DNA of 25,601 nucleotides, taken from the NCBI GenBank assembly GCA_029557635.1, contig JAKQIG010000287.1:1-25601 (forward strand), written 5' to 3'. The translations under genes and the position numbers were made by a program. Shown here in pieces: positions 7,830 through 17,700 of this stretch; the stretch's first letter is position 1; each line of letters starts with the position of its first letter. A model generated the notes under the pieces. That model did no database searches. It was not told where the DNA came from and was given only the letters and a program-made list of their open reading frames with translations. Origin of the DNA: a bacterium. GTDB lineage: Bacteria; Muiribacteriota; UBA9980.

Positions 7830-9230
7830 ATGAAAAAATATAACGCGTTAAACGAATCTATTATCAGTCAACTAAAAGCCATAGCGGGCGAAAAATCAGT
7901 TATCACCGAAACCGAAAGAATGGAAGCGTACTCTCACGACGAGCTTCTGGAACCAGCCTGCATGAAATATCCAGAAGCGGTTGTTTTAGCTAAAAACGCC
8001 GGCGAAATTTCTGAAATATTAAAACTTGCCAACCGCGAAAACATTCCGGTAATACCGCGGGGCGCCGGAACCGGACTCACTTCGGCGTCGGTAGCCTGCT
8101 TCGGCGGCATCGTCCTGTCGCTCGAAAAAATGGATAAAATAATCGAAATAGATTCCAGCAATATGTTCATGACGGCGGAAGCCGGAGTTCGCACCGCTGA
8201 AATACAGCGCGCCGCGCGCGAACACGGCATGCTCTACGCCGGAGACCCGTGCAGCGGGGAAAGTTCGTTTATCGGCGGAAACGCCGCCACTAACGCCGGC
8301 GGAAATAAAGCCGTAAAATACGGCACCACGCGCAGGCAGATATACGGCCTTGAAATAGTGACCGCAACGGGTGAAATATTAAATATCGGCGGCAAATGCA
8401 TGAAAGATTCCACCGGATACAGCCTTTTAAACCTCATAATAGGCTCCGAAGGCACGCTCGCCGTTATAACGAAAGTATGCCTTAAATTAATGCCGCTTCC
8501 GCCCAATTCCATAGACCTTCTGATAGTATTCGACGATTTCCAAAAAGCCATCGGAACCGTCCCTGAAATAATAAAACTCGGAGTAAACCCCACATGCGTC
8601 GAATTTATGGATAACACGGTGGTTAAAAACTGCGAAAAATTCTTAAAAGAAAAACTGCCGCACAGCGAAAACGGGCACTATATCATAGTCAAAATCGAGG
8701 GCCCGGGCATGGAAGCGCTCGAAGAAGACTCGGTTAAAATCGACGAACTCTGCTCTAAAAGAGGATCGCTCGAAACGCTTGTGGCCGATCCCGCCAGAAT
8801 ATGGAAAGCCCGCAACGCCTTCGCGGAAGCGGATAGGGCCGAAAGCCCCGTTTTTTCGGCCGAAGACCTGGTCGTCCCTCCGGCGATGATACCCGAGGCG
8901 GTTAAATATATATCAGAACTCGCCGCAAAATACGGCCTCGTCGTCCACTGCGCCGGACATGCCGCGGACGGCAACGTCCACGCCCATATTTTAAAAGGCG
9001 CGCTCGCCGAAGGCGACTGGCGTGAAAAATTAAACTCGCTTCAAAAAGAACTATACGCAACAGTATATTCAATGGGCGGAAAACTGTCCGGCGAACACGG
9101 AATCGGATATAAACGCGTAGAACTTATGAGTCAATTCTGCCCGGAGCATGAATTGAACATGATGAAATCTATCAAACAAGCTCTTGATCCTAATTTAATC
9201 TTAAATCCAGGTAAAATATTTAAAATTTAA
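7830..9230 (+). CDS. FAD-linked oxidase, GlcD / D-lactate dehydrogenase family (FAD-binding PCMH domain).
   Basis: N-terminal region typical of GlcD (IPVIPRGAGTGLTSASVA FAD-binding motif) and a C-terminal FAD-oxidase_C region (GGKLSGEHGIG). 466 aa. Confidence 0.8.
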   Translation: MKKYNALNESIISQLKAIAGEKSVITETERMEAYSHDELLEPACMKYPEAVVLAKNAGEISEILKLANRENIPVIPRGAGTGLTSASVACFGGIVLSLEKMDKIIEIDSSNMFMTAEAGVRTAEIQRAAREHGMLYAGDPCSGESSFIGGNAATNAGGNKAVKYGTTRRQIYGLEIVTATGEILNIGGKCMKDSTGYSLLNLIIGSEGTLAVITKVCLKLMPLPPNSIDLLIVFDDFQKAIGTVPEIIKLGVNPTCVEFMDNTVVKNCEKFLKEKLPHSENGHYIIVKIEGPGMEALEEDSVKIDELCSKRGSLETLVADPARIWKARNAFAEADRAESPVFSAEDLVVPPAMIPEAVKYISELAAKYGLVVHCAGHAADGNVHAHILKGALAEGDWREKLNSLQKELYATVYSMGGKLSGEHGIGYKRVELMSQFCPEHELNMMKSIKQALDPNLILNPGKIFKI

Positions 9231-9246
9231 ACAACGGAGCTTAATT

Positions 9247-9600
9247 ATGGAAGAATTAAAAACATTCGACGCCGAAAAATTTATGAAACATGTCTTAAAT
9301 AAAAAAGACCTGGCTAACGAAATAATTAATATATTCTTCGAAGACCTTAATATGTTCATGGGAATCATCCGCTCGTCAATCGAATCCGGAGATTATGCGA
9401 CGCTGCGTAAAACCGCTCACCGTTTAAAAGGCTCTTCCATCAATGTAAGCGCCGAAAAATTAAGCGCGCTGTTTTTTAAGCTTGAAACTATCGGAAAAGC
9501 CAATTCAATTGTTGGCGCAAATGCTGTTCTCGATGAACTGTTCACCGAAATTGAGGGCTTTAAAGCAGAAATCTCTTCATGGAAAACCGCCTCTCATTAG
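9247..9600 (+). CDS. Stand-alone histidine phosphotransfer (Hpt) domain protein.
   Basis: GGAG SD. Hpt signature around the phospho-accepting His: AHRLKGSSINVSAEKL. 117 aa all-helical protein, 16 nt downstream of the oxidase gene. Confidence 0.7.
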   Translation: MEELKTFDAEKFMKHVLNKKDLANEIINIFFEDLNMFMGIIRSSIESGDYATLRKTAHRLKGSSINVSAEKLSALFFKLETIGKANSIVGANAVLDELFTEIEGFKAEISSWKTASH

Positions 9601-9644
9601 CCTTTAACATTTTATTTCGCTCATAAAATCAGCATAAAAACGTA

Positions 9645-9891
9645 TGATCGAATCACGATGACTGAATTTTAATCAACAAAATGTGTTTTAATTCATACTC
9701 TTCAGTATTGCGTTTTTGACGATAAACATAGTATAAGCGTTTTATTTACAGGTGTTTTGCAATTATGGCATGTTAATTGCCTAATAAAATGCAGAAGCGC
9801 AAATTATCGAGAATGCAGAATAAAATCCACTATATACACCTGAAGTAATACGCTGAAAATTTTTATCGGTTAAAAGCGATTGATCGAATCA
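9645..9891. promoter_or_regulatory. Two copies of the palindromic 11-mer TGATCGAATCA (9645..9655 and 9881..9891), one upstream and one downstream of the sigma-54-type promoter.
   Basis: Exact repeat of TGAT-CGA-ATCA (imperfect palindrome) 236 nt apart in a non-coding region; candidate transcription-factor or enhancer-binding-protein sites. Confidence 0.3.
9766..9781 (+). promoter_or_regulatory. Sigma-54 (RpoN)-type promoter candidate.
   Basis: TGGCATgttaaTTGCc matches the -24/-12 consensus TGGCAC-N5-TTGCW, with GG and GC correctly spaced. It lies ~140 nt upstream of the ATG at 9918. Confidence 0.45.
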
Positions 9892-9917
9892 ACCGCAAAG
9901 AAAGAGAGTGAAATTAA

Positions 9918-10478
9918 ATGTTCAATTATATCAATTACAATGTTTTAAATGCGATCCTAATGGCGGCAGTTTTATTTAACGCCATGATGGTTTATACTTC
10001 CAGCGCCGCCGCTGAAACTTTAAGCAAAATTAGAAACGGAATGCCGGCCCTTTACTTTACCTATAGCGGCGAAAACCAAAAATACAGCCACTTCACGGCC
10101 GAAGGCAGCCTTGTGGCCGGCCGGAACGCCAGAATCGTTTACGACGTTAAAAGAAAAGATGTTTTATTTAAAAATAACTCCGTCGTTTATATGAGATATT
10201 CCTTTGATTTCTGGCAAACCTGCCAGGACGTGGAATTAAAGCGCTCCGCTTCCGGCGGCCTCGAAACGGTAATAAAGTTGCCGGCTAACGTAAGCACCAT
10301 ACAGATAGCCTTTTTCGCGGCTTACCCCTACGACAATTACAGGGCATGGGGCTTTATATGGGATTCTAATTACGGTAAAAATTTCAGCGCTAACATCATA
10401 TCCGTAAAAGAACTCGAAGATAAGAAAAAATTCGAAAGTTTAAACGGCGCCGCGGAAAAATTTACGGAGAATATTTAA
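9918..10478 (+). CDS. Secreted protein with a starch/glycogen-binding CBM-like domain (CBM21/25/53-like); product otherwise hypothetical.
   Basis: N-terminal signal peptide (an alternative in-frame start MAAVLFNAMMVYTSSAAA also gives a signal peptide). Beta-rich domain ending in ...GFIWDSNYGKNFSANI, resembling the W(D/N)NN.G.NY C-terminal hallmark of starch-binding CBMs, plus a FDFWQ motif. The stop overlaps the next start (TAATG). Confidence 0.45.
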   Translation: MFNYINYNVLNAILMAAVLFNAMMVYTSSAAAETLSKIRNGMPALYFTYSGENQKYSHFTAEGSLVAGRNARIVYDVKRKDVLFKNNSVVYMRYSFDFWQTCQDVELKRSASGGLETVIKLPANVSTIQIAFFAAYPYDNYRAWGFIWDSNYGKNFSANIISVKELEDKKKFESLNGAAEKFTENI

Positions 10479-11026
10479 TGGCTCTAAAAAGGCTATTTAT
10501 CGCTAGCTTTGTCGATTCAAAACTTCTCGCCGATTTTTATAAAAATATCAAAACCGATTTTAAAAACGCGGTCGGCGGAAAATGGGTTGACGAAAATAAT
10601 CTGCACATTACGCATAAATTTCTCGGCGATGTCGAAGAAAATAAAATAGCGTCTATTAAAGAAGCTTTAATGCCGGAGATAGACCGCGCGCATGAATGCG
10701 AACTATATTTCAGCGGCCCTGATACTTTCAGTTTGAAAAATCCAAGAATTTTATTTATTAAAGCCGAAGATAAAAAAAATACGCTTGCCGGATTAAATTC
10801 GGCCTGTGAACGCGCGATGGTTAAAGCGGGCTTTCCGCCCGAAGACAAGCCCTTTAATCCTCATATAACCATCATGCGCATGAAAAGCGTCAACGCAAAT
10901 GTTTTTTGCGAGCTTATAAATAAGCGCCGGGCTGAAACATTTAAGAAAGGCCCGCAGCGCGAAATCAAGCTGAGCCTTATAGAAAGCCTTCTAACCCCCG
11001 CCGGGCCGGTTTATAAAATAATCTGA
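10478..11026 (+). CDS. thpR: RNA 2',3'-cyclic phosphodiesterase (2H phosphoesterase, ThpR/LigT family).
   Basis: Two H-x-T-x motifs at the expected spacing (LHITHKFLG and PHITIMR). ~180 aa, matching the LigT/ThpR size and pattern. Confidence 0.75.
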   Translation: MALKRLFIASFVDSKLLADFYKNIKTDFKNAVGGKWVDENNLHITHKFLGDVEENKIASIKEALMPEIDRAHECELYFSGPDTFSLKNPRILFIKAEDKKNTLAGLNSACERAMVKAGFPPEDKPFNPHITIMRMKSVNANVFCELINKRRAETFKKGPQREIKLSLIESLLTPAGPVYKII

Positions 11027-11076
11027 CGTTCAGGCCGCGCTGCTAAGTAAAAAAATTTAATCAATACATAAAGAAA

Positions 11077-11107
11077 GACCGCCGGAAATTAATCCGGCGG
11101 CTTTTTT
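11077..11107. terminator. Bidirectional rho-independent terminator between convergent genes.
   Basis: Perfect 8-bp GC stem CCGCCGGA-aattaa-TCCGGCGG followed by TTTTTT on the plus strand and preceded by an A/T-rich run, so it is U-rich on the minus strand as well. Confidence 0.7.
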
Positions 11108-11139
11108 ATTTTACTCGATATATAAACTTTATAAGGCTC

Positions 11140-11751
11140 TTATTTCATAAGTTTTATAGTATTCAATCCAGATTCGAAACCGGCGATTTTATAATTCAAT
11201 TCAGGTTTATAGAGCTCGATTCCCGAAATGATAGTAGCGATATTATTTAAAGCGGTTTCTTTAACATGCGCGGTTTTTTCTTCCCTGACGCCGCTTAATA
11301 TCGAATCCCCGAAAACGTATATTACGTTGGCATATTTTTCATAATTCACGGACTTCGCCGAAGCCAGATCGTCGTTTGAAAACAAAGAATATGCGCGATT
11401 TTTCAGACTCATCTGATCGTTTTCGATATTTTTCAAAGCGGTGATAGAAGCGCTTTGCTTTTCAATTTCATATAATAAAAAATCGTTGATTTTTATCTGG
11501 GTCTGCCTGTGATATTTAGAGATGATGACGTGAAAAAACTCCACCATGCCGTTAATGCCGTTTATTTTAACATATTCCACTTTTTCGACCCTTACTTTTA
11601 CGCTCGGGCTTTCGTATAGTTCGGAAAAATTTTTGTAACAGTGCGACATGGCTATTTTAGCGGCGTCTTCTTCGCAGATATTCGCGAAACTCTGGCTGGA
11701 ACTCAAAAGGACTATTAAAAGAGAAAAAACTAAAAATCTGAATTTAAACAT
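11140..11751 (-). CDS. Hypothetical secreted protein.
   Basis: Clear signal peptide (MFKFRFLVFSLLIVLLSSSQSFA), AT-rich gene, no recognisable catalytic motif. Confidence 0.45.
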   Translation of the reverse strand: MFKFRFLVFSLLIVLLSSSQSFANICEEDAAKIAMSHCYKNFSELYESPSVKVRVEKVEYVKINGINGMVEFFHVIISKYHRQTQIKINDFLLYEIEKQSASITALKNIENDQMSLKNRAYSLFSNDDLASAKSVNYEKYANVIYVFGDSILSGVREEKTAHVKETALNNIATIISGIELYKPELNYKIAGFESGLNTIKLMK

Positions 11752-11864
11752 GAAATCTCAACCCCTCTTATTTTTATATATAAGAGTAGTATCGAAAATT
11801 TTTTTTGAAAATTTAGCGAAAACCGAAAAAAATATTAAATAAATATTTGTTATGCGTCAATCAA

Positions 11865-14621
11865 TTACTGGCCGCAGTGCCTTTTTAAAGCCTCCATAAG
11901 CGTTGATTTTTTTATCGGCTTGGCCAGGTAATCGGTGCAGCCCGAATCCATGCTTTTTTGAACGTCTTCCTTGAAGGCGAAAGCAGTTAAAGCTATGATG
12001 GGTTTAGGCGGCCTGCCGTTTTCCGCTTCAAATTCCCGAATCAGTTTTGTAGAAGTATATCCGTCCATAACCGGCATCTGCATATCCATAAATACCAGAT
12101 CGTAATCTCCGTTTTTATATTTATCGAGCGCCGCCGAGCCGTTTTCTGCGACGTCAAGAACGTGCGGAGTGTTTTTGAAATATGCCTGCACGAGCATTTT
12201 ATTGGTTTCCGAATCTTCGGCCAGCAATATCTTCAAAGGCCCGACTTCCGGCGTTTCTTTATCCTGGCGGACATTAAAGAACGCCCTGGTGTCGAGGTCC
12301 GCCACTTTTCTTTTCTTCAGCGCAGTATATAAAGTTTCAAACAGCGCCGAATATTTTACCGGCTTAATTATATAAAATTCTATCTCGTGATTTTTAAGCA
12401 GCGTTATTTCATCGCTCAATTCGTCCGTAGTAAGCATTAATATTATTATTCTGGATAATTCGTTATGTTTTTTTAAATAATATATTTCTTCTTTGTTATC
12501 TTTAAAAACATGATTATCCACAAAAACGAAATGATATGCATGCCCGGAAGCGGCTGCCGACTTAAGAGCCTGCATGCCCGCGTATATATTTTGCGTACAA
12601 TCTACGGCCGCGCCAAGAACTTCGAGCGTGGATTTTATGAAATACGCGCTCGAAGTGTTATGATCTATTATAAGAGATTTTAATCCGTTTAATTTGAATT
12701 CCGCCGTCGAAGATATGGTGTTCGAATCCTTCGCCGCGCCGAAACAAGCCGTAAAGAAAAACTCGCTGCCGCTTCCCGGAACGCTTTTCACCCATATTTC
12801 GCCCTGCATCATCTCTACGAGCCTCTTTGAAATAGAAAGGCCGAGCCCGCTGCCTCCGTGCTTACGGGTGGTCGATGAGTCGGCCTGCGTGAATTCGTTA
12901 AAAATATTCTCCAGCTTTTCTTCGGAAATGCCTATGCCGGTATCCGTTATTGAAAATATCAATTTATACCCTTTTGTTAAATCTTTCTGCGTTTTAACCC
13001 TGAAGACGATTTCGCCCGATTCCGTAAATTTAATCGCGTTTCCGACCAGATTTATTATAATCTGCCTGAGCCGCAACGGATCGCCGGTCAGGTTCAGTTT
13101 AACGTCGAAATCAATAAAATACAATAACTCCAGGCTTTTTTCATGCGCCTTGATGGAAAGGACCTCGAAAGCTTTTTCTATGAGCTCGAGCAGGTTGAAC
13201 TCGATACTTTCCAGCTCGAGATGGCCCGATTCTATTTTGGATATGTCGAGTATATCGTTTATCAGATCGAGAAGGGACTGGCCGGCTGTCCGGAATATCT
13301 GCACGTATTTCTGCTGCTCTTCCGTGAGCGCGGTATCCCATAAAAGTTCCGCCATCCCTATTATTGCGTTAAGCGGAGTCCTTATCTCGTGGCTCATTCC
13401 GGCCAGAAAATCGCTTTTCGCGCGGTTCGCCTCGTCGGCGGCGTTTTTAGCGTCGCTCGCGGCGCGTTCGGCCAGCTTTCGCTCGGTAATGTTCTCATGC
13501 GAAACCACTACTCTGATCGTACCGGATGACGCGAACCTGGTAATATTTACCAGAAACCACATTTTTTCGCGCGTAAAATCGCTCTGATATTCGGTTCTGT
13601 AATTTTTTATTTCGCCTTTTATTATTTTATTTATGTTTTCAGCCACCAGGCCGGCCGTTTCCACACCGTCGCGCGCGGCCCTGAGGCAGACGTCCAGATA
13701 GTTGACCCCTATCCACGAAAACAACGCGTCGTTTTGATGCGCGAAATTTTTCCACGCAGTATTAGCGTGCACTATAACGCCTTTTTCATCGAGTATCACA
13801 ATATTAGCCGTCAGAGAGTCTATTACATTTTTTAAAAATTCTCTGGATTTCTGGAGCTCTTTCCCGCTTTTGACAGCTTCGCTTATATCCCTTATTACGC
13901 CTACTATTTCAATTAAAGCGCCGCTTTCGTTCTTTACCGCGGTAAGAGAAAGGCTGGCCGGAAACTCCCGGCCGTCTTTTTTTATGCTGCTGATATCGCT
14001 CTTCCAGCCGGCGTTATAGTTTTTTAAAAACAATTCTTTAACGCGCTCGCCTTCGCAGGCGTCGGCGAATATTAATTCAAAAGCGTCGACGCCCGTAATT
14101 TCATTTTCGCAAAAGCCGTATGAATCGCAAAACGCTTTGTTGGCGAATAAAATGCCGCATTGCTGATCGAAAATAAATACGCAGTCGCTGATAGTCGCTA
14201 CGGCGTGGGAAACCATCCTGGATTTTTTTTCCGACCGCTTTTTATTTATAGCGCGTTCTATGCTTAAAGGCAGTACTTTTATATAATTTCTTTCGATGTC
14301 TTTTATTAAATATTCATCGGCGCCGGATTGAAGCGCCTTCACCGCGATGGCCTCGTCCCCGACCGAAGTAATGAATATGACCGGATAATCCATTATAGAT
14401 TCCATTAAATCAAATGAAGTGCCGTCCGGCAGAATATAATCGGTTATTACCGCGTCATAAAAGTTTTTAGATAACAATAAAAAAGCTTCGTTAATTGACG
14501 AGGCTATATCGAGGCCGAAATCGAGGTTTTCAGCCTTGATATAGCGTTTGAAAGCTATCTGGTCTATGATGTCGTCTTCGATCATCAATATTTTAAGAGG
14601 ACTGCCTGTGTCGCTCATCAT
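11865..14621 (-). CDS. Hybrid sensor histidine kinase/response regulator (REC - PAS repeats - HisKA - HATPase - degenerate REC - REC).
   Basis: N-terminal receiver (ILMIEDD...ITDY...LIKD), H-box AGMSHEIRTPLNAIIGM, and an ATPase region with the N box IINLVGNAIKFT and the G boxes DTGIGI and GGSGLGLSI. A receiver-like segment lacks the canonical acidic pocket (LIIDHN...VFVDNHV). The C-terminal canonical receiver has LLAEDSETN...FMDMQMPVMDG...LAKP. Confidence 0.85.
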   Translation of the reverse strand: MMSDTGSPLKILMIEDDIIDQIAFKRYIKAENLDFGLDIASSINEAFLLLSKNFYDAVITDYILPDGTSFDLMESIMDYPVIFITSVGDEAIAVKALQSGADEYLIKDIERNYIKVLPLSIERAINKKRSEKKSRMVSHAVATISDCVFIFDQQCGILFANKAFCDSYGFCENEITGVDAFELIFADACEGERVKELFLKNYNAGWKSDISSIKKDGREFPASLSLTAVKNESGALIEIVGVIRDISEAVKSGKELQKSREFLKNVIDSLTANIVILDEKGVIVHANTAWKNFAHQNDALFSWIGVNYLDVCLRAARDGVETAGLVAENINKIIKGEIKNYRTEYQSDFTREKMWFLVNITRFASSGTIRVVVSHENITERKLAERAASDAKNAADEANRAKSDFLAGMSHEIRTPLNAIIGMAELLWDTALTEEQQKYVQIFRTAGQSLLDLINDILDISKIESGHLELESIEFNLLELIEKAFEVLSIKAHEKSLELLYFIDFDVKLNLTGDPLRLRQIIINLVGNAIKFTESGEIVFRVKTQKDLTKGYKLIFSITDTGIGISEEKLENIFNEFTQADSSTTRKHGGSGLGLSISKRLVEMMQGEIWVKSVPGSGSEFFFTACFGAAKDSNTISSTAEFKLNGLKSLIIDHNTSSAYFIKSTLEVLGAAVDCTQNIYAGMQALKSAAASGHAYHFVFVDNHVFKDNKEEIYYLKKHNELSRIIILMLTTDELSDEITLLKNHEIEFYIIKPVKYSALFETLYTALKKRKVADLDTRAFFNVRQDKETPEVGPLKILLAEDSETNKMLVQAYFKNTPHVLDVAENGSAALDKYKNGDYDLVFMDMQMPVMDGYTSTKLIREFEAENGRPPKPIIALTAFAFKEDVQKSMDSGCTDYLAKPIKKSTLMEALKRHCGQ

Positions 14622-14738
14622 AATTTATAAACCGCTTTTTATAATATTATACTCGATAATTAACACGGGTAAATTATAAAAACAATAACCCGTAACATCA
14701 ATTATCGGCAGGCATTTATTAATGATGAGCCGCAAAGG

Positions 14739-17700
14739 TTATTTATCGACGAAAAATTCGGAAACGCTCACTTCGTTTTTATATATGTCGATTTGCTCCA
14801 CCAGTTTTGAATAAAGCGAAACGCACTCTTCGACGCCGCCGCTTTTAGCGAAAATTTCTATTTTCAAAAGCAGGTTCGCCACTCGAAGCGCGCAGGCGTT
14901 AAGCGAAGTACCTTTAAATTTATGAGCGGCGCGCTTGATCCTTTCCGGATTTTTTTCATCCAGGGCGTCTTTGACTTCTTTAAGATAAGCGGCGCTGTAT
15001 TCTAAAAACATATTGACGGAATCCACGGCGAGTTCTTTAATTCCGCCCATATTAAACATCAGCTTTTCCGGATCGAATATTTTAAGGTCGCTTTCATCGG
15101 CAGGCTGGGAAACCAGGCCTGGTATTTTCGCGGCCGCGCGCTCCAAAGCCGCGTCGTTATGCGAAATATCGCGGGGTTTTTCATCTTTTTGCTCTGCCGG
15201 AAAGGCGGGCAAGGATTTTTTCGCGCCCGCCTTAAGGCTCGTGCGGGCTAATACGGTTTCGATAGTGGCGTTGATTTCCGTAATATTAATCGGCTTGGGA
15301 ATATAACCGTCCATTCCGACCGCCATGCACGCTTCATGATCGCCTTTCATGGCGGACGCCGTCATGGCTATTATAGGTATTTCGTCGCCGCGGCTTCTTA
15401 TAGCCCTGGTGGCCTCAAAGCCGTCCATGACGGGCATTTGAATATCCATCAAAATAAGGTCGTACGAATGCTTCAAGCTCATAGACACGGCTTCTTCGCC
15501 GTTTACCGCCACGGCTACGTTATGGCCGAATTTAATGAGCACCTTTGTCGTAAGCGCGATATTGGAGGGATTGTCTTCGACGAGCAATATATTAAATTTC
15601 TTACGGTACGGCGCTTTTGCAAAAACCGCTCCGCCATGGCCTGAATCGGAATAATTTATGGCGCTTCCCTTTTTCATCCTGAGCGTAAAATAAAAATCGC
15701 TTCCCGCCCCTTCCGCGCTTCTGACTTTTATGCCTTCGGCGCCCATGAGCTTGATTATATGATTGGAAATCGTAAGGCCCAGGCCGGTACCGCCATATTT
15801 TCTGGTTATGGAAGTATCGGACTGCATGAACGACATAAAAATCGTGCCTATTTTACTTTCCGGTATTCCGATCCCTTCGTCTGAAACCATAAATTTCACA
15901 TCGGCCGTTTCAGGCGTTTCGGACTCCAGCGATATTATTATTTTGACGTTTTTGGTGGTCTCGGTAAATTTAATCGCGTTATCCACGAGGTTTAAAAGCA
16001 CCTGCCTGAGCCTGGTGGGGTCTGAAAAGACGCTGAAATTAATTGCAGAATCCAGCATATATGTGAACCTTATGCCTTTTTTGGCGGCGTTTACGCGGGT
16101 AATGCCTATGACCTGGTCTAAAATGGAGTTCAGCTCGAATTCCGCGTTATCTATTTCAAGTTTTCCGGCCTCGATTTTTGAAAGGTCGAGTATGTCGTTG
16201 ATTAAAGAAAGCAGCGCGCCGGAGCTTGTTTTAACATATTCAAGCAGCTCCTGCTGCTCTTCGTTTAAAGCCGTCGAAGAAAGCATATCGGTAAATCCTA
16301 TTATGCTGTTCATCGGAGTCCTTATCTCATGGCTCATATTGGCCAGAAATCTGCTTTTGGCGGTGCTGGCGTCTTCGGCGGCCACACGGGCTTCGTCGGC
16401 TTCGAGTTTGGATTTTTTCAGTTCCTCTTCGATCGATTTTTTTATGCCTATATCTTCTTTAAGGGCCACGAAATGAGTTATAAGGCCTTCGTCTCCCACG
16501 ATAGGAGTTATAGAAGCGGATTCCCAATAAAGTTCGCCGTTTTTCTTTTTGTTGCGGAACTCCCCTCTCCACTCCATTCCGGATTTAATAGTCCGCCAGA
16601 GGTTGGAATAATAATCCGCGGGATGAAAGCCGGATTTTAAAAATCGCGGAGTTTGCCCGACGGCTTCTTCGATACTGTATTGAGTTAAATCGACGAATTT
16701 TTGATTCACGTATTCGATCACGCCTTCTGAATCGGTTATGATAACCGCTGCAGGACTCTGTTCTACGGCCATGGAAAGTTTTCTTATTTTTTCTTCGGAC
16801 TGCTTGCGCAGAGTAATATCTTCAAACGCGAGTATAGTTCTGTACGTTTCCGGCCATTCAAAAAGGCGCGGGGTAACGCGGAAATAGCCGTCGCCAATCT
16901 TCACTTCACGCGATACGTCGAGACTTTTAGCGAGCATCGTTTCTTCTATAAGCGTTTCGATAATTGTGGCGGCCTGGGCTAACGCCCCATCGCCATGAAC
17001 GCCTTTTACTGCTTCATTGCACAATTCGAAATAATTCATCCCGACGCGGCAATCCGGCCCCAGCAGATAACAGCCGGCTTTCTGCCGCTTCCATGAATCG
17101 TTCAACTGCACTATCATTCCGTTTTCATCCAGAATGGCTATGGATATATGCAGAGTATTGAATATTGATTTTAAAAATTGGTGGGACTCGCTTAAAGATT
17201 TTTCAAATAGTTTCTGGCTGGTGACGTCGTTTATCATCACGACGAAATATCCGTGAGCGGGGCTGAAATAATTAATTTTAAGCCATTTATCGATGCACGA
17301 AAAATATTTCACGCTGTGCGCGGGCTCGCTCAAAGTATTCACGGCGCATAAAAGAGGCGCTATATCTTCGGAGAGTTCCCTCAGGCGCGGAATAGCTTCG
17401 GCAAAATCGCAGTTGAGTATTTCTTCGGCTTTAACGTTAAATAATTCTTCAAACGCGTCATTGACTTCGAGTATTTCGAACTTCATCGAGCTTTTATCGG
17501 TACGGCTAAAACTCTTGCAGTACGCGAAGGCTTCCGACATATTTTTGAAAAGCTGCCTGTATCTTTGCTCGGAATTATATAGTTCTTTATAAACCCTGTT
17601 TCTTTCGGTTATATCTATTATGGCCGACTGAATATAAATTTTTTCCTGGACCGGCACTATATTAGTATAAACCTCTACGTCGCGGATATCGCCGGACGCC

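Noticed and set aside
9645-9891. Possible tRNA-like T-arm: the TGATCGAATCA repeats superficially resemble a GTTCGAATC T-loop.
   Set aside because: No flanking acceptor, D or anticodon stems can be built; the motif lacks the GG/CC T-stem context, so it is treated as a regulatory palindrome instead.
11774-11795. AT-rich hairpin CTCTTA-tttttatata-TAAGAG downstream of the first hybrid kinase gene, considered as its terminator.
   Set aside because: The stem is AT-only and not followed by a U-run on the minus strand; it more likely belongs to the AT-rich promoter region of the adjacent 11751 gene.
12694-13587. 297-aa plus-strand ORF inside the first hybrid kinase gene.
   Set aside because: Antisense to a CDS with intact HisKA/HATPase/REC motifs. 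The product is Ser-rich with no motifs; it is a long open antisense frame caused by codon bias.
15763-16640. 237-aa and 103-aa plus-strand ORFs inside the second hybrid kinase gene.
   Set aside because: Antisense shadow ORFs; the minus-strand frame carries all the kinase signature motifs.
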